Assembly (NCBI GenBank): GCA_022827095.1
Contig: JAJDTP010000021.1
Coordinates: forward strand, 258,771-322,770
From: Dehalococcoidia bacterium
Lineage (GTDB): Bacteria > Chloroflexota > Dehalococcoidia > Lucifugimonadales > UBA3495
Direction: 5' to 3'
Length of the DNA stretch: 64,000 bases
Shown here: piece by piece, positions 52,625 to 61,390 of the stretch
Layout: every line of letters starts with the position of its first letter
How positions within the stretch are numbered: the first letter of the stretch is position 1
Program-made: the position numbers and the translations under genes
The notes under the pieces: model-generated
Seen by the model: only the letters and a program-made list of their open reading frames with translations
Told to the model about the DNA's origin: nothing
Databases searched by the model: none

Positions 52625-53509
52625 TCAATATTTGGCCGAGTATGAAGCGTGAGCCGTCTTGATTAACTCAGCGATGAATTCCTTACGGTCACTGTCTTCC
52701 AGATCAGACTCGCTAATCCTGACACGGTAATAGTGCCATTGCTTATCGTATGCCAGCAAGTTGAGATTGCTGGCACTCAAGCGCGACGACAAATTTTCAT
52801 CTTGCGCGATTTTGAACTGCGCGACCACGTGCGCTTTTCGCGGCACGAACGTCACGAAGTTCTGGGCAGAACTACCTGGCATTGCCAGGCCGATGTAATG
52901 TTTGTTGAACTTTGGTCCGATCCCCGGCACCTCGTCGTGAATCATTCTTATCATACGATCAACCAGGACCAGAGAAGCCGCCGACGTATTGCGCTCCCAA
53001 GAATCCCGATCGAACACTTCACCTTCGTCTTCTTCGTCGGTGCCTAAAGACAACACATCCAAAACTTTTGTCGCAACTAAAGTAAACGCGTCATCGATTT
53101 GGATTCCCTTGAGCTGTATCGCCATCAGTGGGATATGCCCGTTGAACAAGGAGATCACGTTGAGGAATCGGCCTGTAATTTCCTCGGCGACGATGACCGC
53201 AGTGTGCTCGTATTGGGGATATCGACGGCGCTCAATGTCCCAATACTCAAGGGTCCTCACTAAGTGGCTTTCGTCCGTGGCACCGAGTTGGATCTCAACC
53301 TCGTACCTAGCAAGGCTTTCCGGGTCTCTAAGCAATAGATCAAGCCGGCCTCCAGTTGGTTGTTTACGTTCAGATCCGATCGCTTGCACGTCTCCCAATC
53401 CAAGCAAAGAAGGCTCTTCGTGCAAACGATGATGCAGCCATCGTTCATTGATGACTGGATGATTCTTCAAAGAGAACACCTGTGGCCGCACAAAGTTTGG
53501 CATGGACAT
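52625..53509 (-). CDS. hypothetical protein: PD-(D/E)xK nuclease-like N-terminal half plus DUF5655/DUF4268-like C-terminal half (recollection level)
   Basis: GGRLDLLLRDPESLARYEVEIQLG...DESHLVRTLEYWD, and C-terminal KFNKHYIGL...FVTFVPRKAHVVAQFKI. AT-richer segment. GAGGAG 6 nt before ATG 53507-53509. Confidence 0.6.
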   Translation of the reverse strand: MSMPNFVRPQVFSLKNHPVINERWLHHRLHEEPSLLGLGDVQAIGSERKQPTGGRLDLLLRDPESLARYEVEIQLGATDESHLVRTLEYWDIERRRYPQYEHTAVIVAEEITGRFLNVISLFNGHIPLMAIQLKGIQIDDAFTLVATKVLDVLSLGTDEEDEGEVFDRDSWERNTSAASLVLVDRMIRMIHDEVPGIGPKFNKHYIGLAMPGSSAQNFVTFVPRKAHVVAQFKIAQDENLSSRLSASNLNLLAYDKQWHYYRVRISESDLEDSDRKEFIAELIKTAHASYSAKY

Positions 53510-53541
53510 TTCGTGCTCCTCGGGTCTGATAAGGAACGAAA

Positions 53542-54324
53542 TCACGGATGCGCGTTCAACCCGCCGTCGATATAGACGGGTTGGCCAGAGGGGTAGTCGC
53601 AGTGGGGGGAGCAGAGGTAGACGAGCATGGCGGCGAGGTCGCGGGGATGGCCCTTGCGGCGCATGGGGGTGTAGCGAACCAGGAGTTCCTCGCGCTGGGT
53701 CTCAAGGGGGATGTCCTCGGCGGTTGACCAGCCGGATCCGACGGCGTTGACTCGGATCTCGCTACGGCCCCACTCGACGGCCAAGGAGCGGGTGAGGGAC
53801 AGGACGGCCGCCTGGGTCGCGCTGTACGCGGAGCAGTTGATGACCGCGCGTTCGGCCAGGTTGGAGATTACGTTGACGATGCGACCGTACTGCTGCTCCA
53901 GCATACGCTGTCCAACGACTTGGCTGAGCATGAAGGTGGCGCGGACGTTGCGGGCGTGAAGCTCGTCCCACTCGGCGAGGTCGATTTCGGCGGCAGGTTT
54001 GGCGAAGAAACTTCGGGTGTCGTTGACCAGGATGTCGACCCGGGGATGTAAGGCGGAGAAGGCATGGACAGCTGACGAGGCTCCATCCGGCGTGTCCCAA
54101 CGGCCTACGTGGCGGCCGGTATCACGGCCGGAGACGGCGGTCACAGCGGCCGTGATGGCATCGGCGGCCGCAGCGTGGCGAGCCACGGCGAAAACCGAAG
54201 CGCCGGCCTCGGCCAGGGCCGCGGCCAGGAAAGGCGATTCATCGCCGCCGGACGAGGCGACGATGGCGGTTTGGCCGGACAGGCTGAACTCCGACGGGAG
54301 ACGGGCTTGGGACGAGATTGCCAC
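53542..54324 (-). CDS. SDR family oxidoreductase
   Basis: GQTAIVASSGG (variant TGxxxGxG), NDTR, YSATQAAV (YxxxK-like with Q), IRVNAV. The annotated GTG start lies inside a repeat copy, so the true start is uncertain. Confidence 0.75.
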   Translation of the reverse strand: MAISSQARLPSEFSLSGQTAIVASSGGDESPFLAAALAEAGASVFAVARHAAAADAITAAVTAVSGRDTGRHVGRWDTPDGASSAVHAFSALHPRVDILVNDTRSFFAKPAAEIDLAEWDELHARNVRATFMLSQVVGQRMLEQQYGRIVNVISNLAERAVINCSAYSATQAAVLSLTRSLAVEWGRSEIRVNAVGSGWSTAEDIPLETQREELLVRYTPMRRKGHPRDLAAMLVYLCSPHCDYPSGQPVYIDGGLNAHP

Positions 54325-54349
54325 GTCGCTACGCTCCTCGCAATGACGG
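54311..54349. repeat. repeat-family copy overlapping the predicted SDR start
   Basis: GACGAGATTGCCACGTCGCTACGCTCCTCGCAATGACGG. Confidence 0.85.
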
Positions 54350-54381
54350 ATGGGTGATGGCTTTCAAATGGAGACGACGGG

Positions 54382-55191
54382 TTACGGTTCCAGCGCCGCA
54401 ACTGGAGCATGGCCGGTGGGCGTGATGCCGGCGGCGAGGCCGGCGCCGTCGAGGATGAACATCTCGCCGGTCATGTAGTCGGAGGCATCGGAGGCCAGGA
54501 ACACGGCGATGGGACCCAGGTCCTCCGGCTTGCCGAGCTTGCCGGTGGGCAGGAAATCTCCGGACTGGGGCAGGGTGCGATTGATCTCGGCGCCGGGGTC
54601 GATGGTTGGGATGAAGCCAGGCACGATGCTGTTGGCGGTAATGCCGTAGCGGGCCAGGCTGAATGACAGGACGCGGGTCAACTGGATTACGCCGCCCTTG
54701 GAGGTGCAGTACATATAGATGTCACGGCCGCCGCGGAGGCCGAAACCGGATGCCACATTGATTATCTTGCCCTTGCCGGCGTCGGCCATGGGTTTGGCGG
54801 CGGCGCGGGCGCAGTAGAAAGCGCCGGAAAGGTTGACCGACATGGCCGAATCCCAGTCGTCGTCGGTGATCTCCCAGATGGGTTTGAGGACGTTGTCGGC
54901 GACCATGGCGGCGTTGTTGATGAGCACGTCGACGCGGCCGAAATGGGACATCGTGGCGGCGATCAGCGCATCGGCATCGGACGACTTGGACACATCGGTG
55001 GGAACTGCGATGGCATCCTGACCGGCGGCGATTACCTCATCGCGGGCGGCCTCGATGGGACCGGGGCGGCGACCAGCGATGGCCAGGTTGGCGCCAGAGC
55101 GGGTAAGGGCGCGCACCATCTCCAGCCCCAAACCGGTACCGCCGCCGGTGATGACGACGACCTTGCCATCGAGGTACAGGTTTTCAAGCAT
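54382..55191 (-). CDS. SDR family oxidoreductase (3-oxoacyl-ACP reductase-like)
   Basis: GKVVVITGGGTGLG, NNAA, YCTSKGGV, ITANSIVPG. Confidence 0.9.
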   Translation of the reverse strand: MLENLYLDGKVVVITGGGTGLGLEMVRALTRSGANLAIAGRRPGPIEAARDEVIAAGQDAIAVPTDVSKSSDADALIAATMSHFGRVDVLINNAAMVADNVLKPIWEITDDDWDSAMSVNLSGAFYCARAAAKPMADAGKGKIINVASGFGLRGGRDIYMYCTSKGGVIQLTRVLSFSLARYGITANSIVPGFIPTIDPGAEINRTLPQSGDFLPTGKLGKPEDLGPIAVFLASDASDYMTGEMFILDGAGLAAGITPTGHAPVAALEP

Positions 55192-55987
55192 TGCGTACGG
55201 TCGCTCCTTCGGCTGGACGGAGGGTAATGTCTCCGGCGGTAAGGGTCAACAATTCCCCGGCCTCAGTGCGGAGCAGGAGGTTGCCCTGCTCGTCGATGTC
55301 CTCGGCGAGGCCCGTATCCGCAGCGCCGTAGTGGGTGACGATCACGCGCTGGCCCAGGGTATCCAGCCAGCGGCGCCACTCGGGAATGGGCGACCGCCCG
55401 CGCCGAATGTCCAGGTACAGGGCGTCCATGTGCTGGAGGATGCGACGGAGAAGTTCGGCGCGGTTGATTTCGGCTTCGGCAGCGCGGTTCAGGCTGGTGG
55501 CGGTGGCCGCTATTTCCGGGTCGGAGGACACGTCCAGGGCGACGTTTATGCCGATACCCACGATGGCGTGCTGTACCTGCGAGCCTGACAGCGCGCTCTC
55601 GGCGAGGATGCCGGCGACCTTGCGGCCATCGATCATGACGTCGTTGGGCCACTTGATGGACGGATGGAGTCCGGCAACCTGGCGAATGGAACGGGCCACG
55701 GCGACGCCGGCCAAGGGACTGAGCAAGGGCAAGGCATCAGGTTCCGGCCGGAAGAGAACAGAGAAGTAGAGGTTGCCTTCGTCAGATACCCAGCGCCGGC
55801 CCATGCGTCCACGGCTGGCACTCTGCGTCTCCGCAACGACGACCGCCCCTTCTCCGGCACCGGTGCGAGCCCACTCTGCAACGTCGTCCATGGTCGAGCC
55901 GGTGGACTGGTAGAAGCGCACACTCCGGCCGATCACGGCGGTGTAGAGGCCGGAGCGTAGCATTTGGGCGACGATGGAGGACGGCAT
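55184..55987 (-). CDS. birA: biotin--[acetyl-CoA-carboxylase] ligase (no N-terminal HTH)
   Basis: STGSTMDDV, QSASRGRMGRRW (GRGRxGRxW motif), KWPNDV. 8-bp overlap with the downstream SDR start. Confidence 0.85.
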   Translation of the reverse strand: MPSSIVAQMLRSGLYTAVIGRSVRFYQSTGSTMDDVAEWARTGAGEGAVVVAETQSASRGRMGRRWVSDEGNLYFSVLFRPEPDALPLLSPLAGVAVARSIRQVAGLHPSIKWPNDVMIDGRKVAGILAESALSGSQVQHAIVGIGINVALDVSSDPEIAATATSLNRAAEAEINRAELLRRILQHMDALYLDIRRGRSPIPEWRRWLDTLGQRVIVTHYGAADTGLAEDIDEQGNLLLRTEAGELLTLTAGDITLRPAEGATVRNA

Positions 55988-56015
55988 GGTCAGGTTGTAA
56001 ACGTTGCGCGGAGGG

Positions 56016-56474
56016 TCATGCCGACGCCACCCAATCTGCGAAAGAGATACCGCCCGTGTATTCCTCGGGCAGCAGTTCCCAAAGGATGTCCAGAAGGGGT
56101 CGGACTTCGGTCAGAGCGAAGTCGGTCAGCGCGGCCGTCATGTAAACCTCATAGAAATTCCCGTGCAACCTCTCTGCGGCAGCCAGACCCCGTCCTATCT
56201 CAGTCATGCGATCGGGCATTTCGTCTGACAACTCGGTCAGCGCTTCCTGGATGGCCACGTGATCGTAGTGCTGCCAGCCGCGCAGAGTCGCCACGGCCTT
56301 GGTGAGTTGAGCAACGGTGCCCCATCCCTTTTCGCCGGCCTGGCACAGATCACCATCCGCAAGGTGGGTGGGCCATTTGGACCAGTAGTCCCGAGCCTGC
56401 TCCAGGTGCTTGCGGATGCGGGCGTTCCGACGAGCCGGGGTTTCGCGCCGAGTTCGAGGAGGCATGGTCATCAC
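56016..56474 (-). CDS. PaREP1/HEPN-like small helical protein
   Basis: GDLCQAGEKGWGTVAQLTKAVATLRGWQH and AERLHGNFYEVY. Its start (GTG 56472-56474 or ATG 56469-56471) overlaps the glyQS stop codon (TGA 56471-56473). Confidence 0.65.
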   Translation of the reverse strand: MMTMPPRTRRETPARRNARIRKHLEQARDYWSKWPTHLADGDLCQAGEKGWGTVAQLTKAVATLRGWQHYDHVAIQEALTELSDEMPDRMTEIGRGLAAAERLHGNFYEVYMTAALTDFALTEVRPLLDILWELLPEEYTGGISFADWVASA

Positions 56475-57796
56475 CAGCCGTGGTCGTAGCGGTCCTGGAG
56501 GACGTCCAGGAGACGGGCGATGGGGATGCGCTGCTGGGTCATGGTGTCGCGGTCACGGATGGTCACCGCGTGGTCATCCAGCGTGTCGAAGTCGACGGTG
56601 ACACAGTAGGGGGTGCCGATCTCGTCCTGGCGGCGGTAGCGGCGGCCGATGCTCTGGGCGTCGTCGAACTGGCAGCGGAACCGACGGCGCACCAGATCGT
56701 AAACGCCACGGGCGGTGGGAGCCAGACGGGCGTTGCGGCTGAGGGGAAGGACGGCGACAGTCACCGGAGCCAAGGCGCGGTGGAAGTGCAGGACGGTGCG
56801 GGTGTCGTTGCCGTCCGGCTCCTCGTCGTAGCTGTCGAGCCAGAACGCCAGGGTGGCTCGGTCCACGCCGCCGGAGGGTTCGATAACGTAGGGCAGGTAA
56901 CGCTCGTGGATCTCGTCGTCGAAGTAGGTCAGGTCCTCACCACTGAATTCCTTGTGGCGGCCGAGGTCGAAGTCGGTGCGATTGGCGATGCCTTCCAGCT
57001 CGCCCCAGCCCCAGGGGAAGCGGTACTCGATGTCATAGGTGGCCTTGGCGTAATGGGCGAGTTCGTCGCCGGCGTGCTCGCGGAGGCGAAGGTTGCCCGC
57101 GCGGATGCCGTGGCTGACATACCAGTCGAAACGCGCCTGCACCCATTGCTGCAACCATTCGTCGTCGGTGCCGGGCTTGACGAAGAACTCGATTTCCATC
57201 TGCTCAAATTCGCGGGTGCGGAAGGTGAAGTTGCCCGGAGTGATTTCGTTGCGGAAGGCCTTGCCGATCTGGGCGATGCCGAAGGGCAGCTTCTTGCGGG
57301 TGGCGGTCTGGACGTTTTGGAAGTTGACGAAGATGCCCTGGGCGGTCTCCGGTCGCAGGAACACCTCGTTGCTGCTGTCCTCGACGGGGCCCATGAAGGT
57401 GCGGAACATCAGGTTGAAACGGCGGGGCTCGGTGAAGTCACGGCTGCACTTCGGCTCCGGGCAGTTGTCGGTTTCCAGCTGGTCCTGGCGCAAGCGACGG
57501 TGGCACTGTCGACACTCGACCAGGGGGTCGCTGAAGTTCTCCACGTGGCCGCTGGCCTCCCAGACCCGGGGATGCATCAGGATGGCGGCGTCCAGCCCAA
57601 CCACGTCGTCACGTTCCGACACAACGGATCGCCACCACGCCTCCTTGACGTTGCGCTTGAGCTCAACCCCCAGGGGGCCGTAGTCCCAGGTGGATCCGAG
57701 GCCGCCGTACACCTCGCTGGACTGGAAAACGAAACCCCGTCGCTTGGAGAGGGACAGGATCTTGTCCATATCGGCGTAGGGGAGGGTGCGTGGCAT
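56471..57796 (-). CDS. glyQS: glycine--tRNA ligase (homodimeric alpha2 type)
   Basis: 441 aa. LSLSKRRGFVFQSSEVYGGL..WDYGPLGVELKRN, FRNEITPGNFTFRTREFEQMEIEFF, and a C-terminal anticodon-binding domain. Confidence 0.95.
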   Translation of the reverse strand: MPRTLPYADMDKILSLSKRRGFVFQSSEVYGGLGSTWDYGPLGVELKRNVKEAWWRSVVSERDDVVGLDAAILMHPRVWEASGHVENFSDPLVECRQCHRRLRQDQLETDNCPEPKCSRDFTEPRRFNLMFRTFMGPVEDSSNEVFLRPETAQGIFVNFQNVQTATRKKLPFGIAQIGKAFRNEITPGNFTFRTREFEQMEIEFFVKPGTDDEWLQQWVQARFDWYVSHGIRAGNLRLREHAGDELAHYAKATYDIEYRFPWGWGELEGIANRTDFDLGRHKEFSGEDLTYFDDEIHERYLPYVIEPSGGVDRATLAFWLDSYDEEPDGNDTRTVLHFHRALAPVTVAVLPLSRNARLAPTARGVYDLVRRRFRCQFDDAQSIGRRYRRQDEIGTPYCVTVDFDTLDDHAVTIRDRDTMTQQRIPIARLLDVLQDRYDHGW

Positions 57797-57964
57797 ATCG
57801 GGACCTCGCTGTGCGTATCAGAATGGAATCATGTTATCACTGCCGGACAGATTCGGCGGAGAACATCCGTCACCGGACTGCCGGATTCCTGCTCGGGCAG
57901 GAATGACGGTTCACCTGGCCCGGTGATCTGCAACGACCGGGTTGGCCCGTGGCGAGGGCGCTGC

Positions 57965-60037
57965 TCAGGCCGGCGTCAGGTCTTCTACCGGCCGTTCGCC
58001 GGGCAATTCGCGGCGGACGGCGTCGGCCAGGCTCTGGGCGGCCAGGTCGTCGAGCTTGATGTAACGTGCGGACATGGCGTCGGCGATGTTCTTGGCGAGC
58101 TCAAGCTTGATGAAGTCCTGCTCAGTGTCGACGACCACAGCCGGGATTTTGGCGGCGACGACGGTCTCGCCCAGTTGACGAACTTCGTCGGGAAGGGTGA
58201 GGACGTTGGAGGACTGATCACCGGCGAGGGTGACGTTGGCACGGCCGTCGGATAACAAGACCAGCAGCGGCAATACGTCCCGGTCTTTCAGCCGTTCGGT
58301 TTCCAGGGTTTCCATGGCGAGGTAGAGCGCGCGGGCCAGCGGGGTGCGTCCGCCGGTGGGCATCTCCTGGAGGCACCACTGAGCCATTTCGACGCTGCCG
58401 GTAGGCGGGAGCAACACCTCGGCGCCCGTGCCCCGGAAGGCGATCAGGCCTACCCGATCACGACGCTGGTACGCGTCGAGCAAGAGTGACATGATTGCGC
58501 CTTTGACGGCGACCATGCGACGCTGCGCTCCCATGGAACCACTGGCGTCGACGACGAATAGGATCAGTGATCCGGTATGAGTCTCCCGGACTTTCTCACG
58601 AACATCCCAGGGTTCGATGAGCAGCGCGGCCGAGTCGGCGTCCGGGGTTTGACGGCGGGACTGTTGATGGGGAGCGGCAGCCCGCAGGGTGGCGTCGAGC
58701 GCCAAGTCGGATGCAGCACCATTCGGCACTTGTGCTCCTACGTATCGGCCGGCCGAGGTACCGCTTACGGTGCTGGCGCGGCGGCCCGAAGAACGGCGAG
58801 CGCGCCGGTCTGGTGGTTGGACCTGGAGGTTCTGGACGGCGTATGGGTCGCCAACCTCGAACCACTCGTCACCGAGTGCAGCGTCGGCAGGGTCTTCAGG
58901 CTGGTCTTCCGGAGGATCGGGCTCTCTATCGCTATCGGCGTCCCCGGGGTCGTCGTTGATCGAATTGTCGTCGGCGGACGGTTCGCGGTCACGCTGCTGG
59001 TTCTGGAAATCCTCGAGCATGTTGTCCAACTGCTCGGTGACCAGGTGGGGCTGCTGGAAGGGTTGTCGACGCTGACGGTGGAGGAGGGCCATCAGAGCGG
59101 CCTCGCGGACGTCTTCAACGTCAACGACAGTGCGACCTTCGTAGGCTGCGATGGTGCTGGCGGTCTTGTACATGACAATGTCGCCGCGCAGGCCATCCAC
59201 CTGATACTCGGCGCAGATGTCCGTGATGAGCTCGAGGATTTCATCAGGGACGACCACGTCAGCGAGAAGCCGTTGGCTACTCAGGAGACGCTGGCGTTCC
59301 GCCTGCTCGGCCTCGGCCCAATCGTCCATGAACTCGAAGGGGCTGGACTCGAATGACATGCGGCGGCGCACGACCTCTCGGCGTTCAGCGGGTTGGAACA
59401 CGCCGTCCACCTCCACGGCGAGACCGAAGCGGTCAAGGAGTTGCGGCCGGAGGTCGCCCTCCTCCGGGTTCATGGTGCCCACCAGCATGAACTCAGCAGC
59501 GTGGCTGACCGAGATGCCTTCCCGCTCCACATAGTTACGGCCCATGGCGGCGGCGTCCAACAGAACATCCACCAGGTGGTCGTTGAGGAGGTTGACCTCG
59601 TCGATGTACAGGATGCCCCGGTGTGCGGAGGCGATGAGGCCCGGCTCGAAGTTCTTCTCGCCGGACTTGATGGCCTGCTCAATGTCCAGTGAGCCGACCA
59701 GGCGGTCCTCAGTGGCGCCCACCGGCAAGTCGACGATGCGTACCTGGCGAGCCGATGGACTGCCGGACCTTCCCGCCTGCTGACACCACTGGCACACGTC
59801 CTGGGGGAGGCCCGGCTGACAACTGTAGGAACAGCCGGGCACCACGGGAACCTGGGGCAGCAGCGCGGCCAACGAGCGCACGGCGGTGCTCTTGGCGGTG
59901 CCCTTCTTGCCACGGACCAGCACACCGCCGATGCGGGGGTTGATCGCATTGAGCAACAGCGCGCGCTTCATCGGCGTCTGGCCGACGATGGCAGTGAAGG
60001 GGAACCTGGGCTCGCGGCCGGCGGCGGGCTGGGTCAC
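57965..60037 (-). CDS. chelatase ChlI/ChlD-hybrid subunit (AAA+ module, acidic Pro-rich linker, vWA domain)
   Basis: FPFTAIVGQTPMKRALLL, GKKGTAKST, ILYIDEVNLL, RPQLLDRFGL. Linker EPDPPEDQPEDPAD. vWA with MIDAS (VVDASGSM). Confidence 0.85.
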   Translation of the reverse strand: MTQPAAGREPRFPFTAIVGQTPMKRALLLNAINPRIGGVLVRGKKGTAKSTAVRSLAALLPQVPVVPGCSYSCQPGLPQDVCQWCQQAGRSGSPSARQVRIVDLPVGATEDRLVGSLDIEQAIKSGEKNFEPGLIASAHRGILYIDEVNLLNDHLVDVLLDAAAMGRNYVEREGISVSHAAEFMLVGTMNPEEGDLRPQLLDRFGLAVEVDGVFQPAERREVVRRRMSFESSPFEFMDDWAEAEQAERQRLLSSQRLLADVVVPDEILELITDICAEYQVDGLRGDIVMYKTASTIAAYEGRTVVDVEDVREAALMALLHRQRRQPFQQPHLVTEQLDNMLEDFQNQQRDREPSADDNSINDDPGDADSDREPDPPEDQPEDPADAALGDEWFEVGDPYAVQNLQVQPPDRRARRSSGRRASTVSGTSAGRYVGAQVPNGAASDLALDATLRAAAPHQQSRRQTPDADSAALLIEPWDVREKVRETHTGSLILFVVDASGSMGAQRRMVAVKGAIMSLLLDAYQRRDRVGLIAFRGTGAEVLLPPTGSVEMAQWCLQEMPTGGRTPLARALYLAMETLETERLKDRDVLPLLVLLSDGRANVTLAGDQSSNVLTLPDEVRQLGETVVAAKIPAVVVDTEQDFIKLELAKNIADAMSARYIKLDDLAAQSLADAVRRELPGERPVEDLTPA

Positions 60038-60063
60038 GGTGTCACCGCAAGGGCGTCGGCAGA

Positions 60064-60861
60064 TCAGCCAGCGGCCGCTGGAGCCGTCCCACCCGCCTGG
60101 GGATGGGCGTGGACGTCGCGCTCGCGATAATAGCGGTAGCCGATGGTGGCAAAGGCGATCCCCATCCAGAGGAGGAAGTGACCGCCCGCGGTGAACGTGC
60201 GGAACATTATGGTGAGTTCCGGCGGGAGCCAGTCCGGGGCAGCGTCACGGACGCTGGGCACGGCAAATGCGAGCAGCAGGGCCACCACCGCGTAGGCTAG
60301 ACCAATACCCGCGTAGCGAAGCCATCGTCCGGATCCGGCGGAACTACGGTTGACGAGACCCACGCCGTACACGACCAGGCACACGGAAATGGTCGATACC
60401 GCGATGAAGAGGAATTGGAAACCCTGGCGGGCGAGCAAGGTGCCCTCATCGCCGATGCCGGGCGGGTTGAGGGGGAACTTGAGCTGCGTGTACATGGACA
60501 CGCCCCAGAAACCCAACAGGCCGGCCACTGCGGCCCACGCCCAGGGGTTCCAGCCCGGCGTGGCGTTGCGCATCAGGTGGTACAAGCCGGCGAAGACGGC
60601 GGCGTAGAGAATGCCAATAACGGCCAGTCCAACGCTCATCCCGATTCGCTGGCCCCCCAGGGTTATCAGGAAAGCCAGAGGCAGCGGGTCCTCTTCCTCA
60701 GGATTGGCCAACTGTTCCGCACAGCCGGCGCGGTCAATGTCGCAGCCTTCGAGGGCAATGGCCCATTCCATGACGGGCACGTTGAGGATGTTCATGTAGG
60801 CAGCGACGAGCAGGCCTACGATTACGCCCATAACCAGGGCGGTGGGGAGAATGCGCGTCAT
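60064..60861 (-). CDS. cbtA: cobalt transporter subunit CbtA-like membrane protein
   Basis: Multi-TM protein immediately downstream of a CbtB-like gene in a cobN cluster. GGAGG lies 7 nt before ATG 60859-60861. Confidence 0.65.
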   Translation of the reverse strand: MTRILPTALVMGVIVGLLVAAYMNILNVPVMEWAIALEGCDIDRAGCAEQLANPEEEDPLPLAFLITLGGQRIGMSVGLAVIGILYAAVFAGLYHLMRNATPGWNPWAWAAVAGLLGFWGVSMYTQLKFPLNPPGIGDEGTLLARQGFQFLFIAVSTISVCLVVYGVGLVNRSSAGSGRWLRYAGIGLAYAVVALLLAFAVPSVRDAAPDWLPPELTIMFRTFTAGGHFLLWMGIAFATIGYRYYRERDVHAHPQAGGTAPAAAG

Positions 60862-61075
60862 CACAAACCTCCGATGACTATCTGACTGAACAGCTCGCAT
60901 GGCCGAGCGGCCAACGGTGACAAAATGCGCGGACGAGCCAGTCAGGCAAATTCGCGGCGCACTCCTCCAGACGCTCCGCAGAGCGTTCGCGCGGCGAAAC
61001 TTGACGATCCGTTCCGGCTTCCGCCGGAAGAAAAGGGTAGCCCAGCGTCACATCAACGCCGGGCCAACGCAGAGC

Positions 61076-61276
61076 CTAGTGGCACATGAAGGCAACGTGG
61101 CGGGCGTGGTGGAAGAACTCGTGAACGGTGGTCAGGATGCCCGGGGCGCCTATGGAAGCGGCGTGCACTCCGCCATCAACGTAACCGACGATGTAGAGGG
61201 CCATTGCGCCAAGGACGAGCCACGGGGCCCATGCGGCGGTATCGGTGGTGGACAGGAACCGATTGATCATACCCAT
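61076..61276 (-). CDS. cbtB: cobalt transporter subunit CbtB-like
   Basis: 66 aa, one TM helix, His-rich C-terminus (VHEFFHHARHVAFMCH). GAGGAG Shine-Dalgarno. Confidence 0.7.
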   Translation of the reverse strand: MGMINRFLSTTDTAAWAPWLVLGAMALYIVGYVDGGVHAASIGAPGILTTVHEFFHHARHVAFMCH

Positions 61277-61390
61277 GTTTTCACTCCTCTTGCTGGGATG
61301 GACGTTTTGAGTCTCATCACGGGGGCATTTTAGTACTTGGCTTCAGGTAGCACAATGCCGGCAGTCGCACAATATCGGCGAATGCGCTGA

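Noticed and set aside
1260-54349. Possibility that the recurring repeats (about 30 nt) form a CRISPR array.
   Set aside because: The copies are scattered over the whole window at irregular multi-kb distances and in both orientations, often as inverted pairs. There is no tandem repeat-spacer organisation and there are no cas genes.
57797-57964. T-box leader upstream of glyQS.
   Set aside because: The minus-strand leader has hairpins (for example ATTCCTGC-ccga-GCAGGAAT) but no T-box sequence (AA..GGGTGGTACCGCG-like) and no specifier-loop arrangement that I can recognise. The hairpin is more simply the terminator of the upstream chelatase gene.
61277-61390. Cobalamin riboswitch upstream of cbtB.
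   Set aside because: The spacer is only 114 nt, has no B12-box-like sequence, and is too short for the roughly 200-nt aptamer. A riboswitch may lie upstream of cobN, outside the window.
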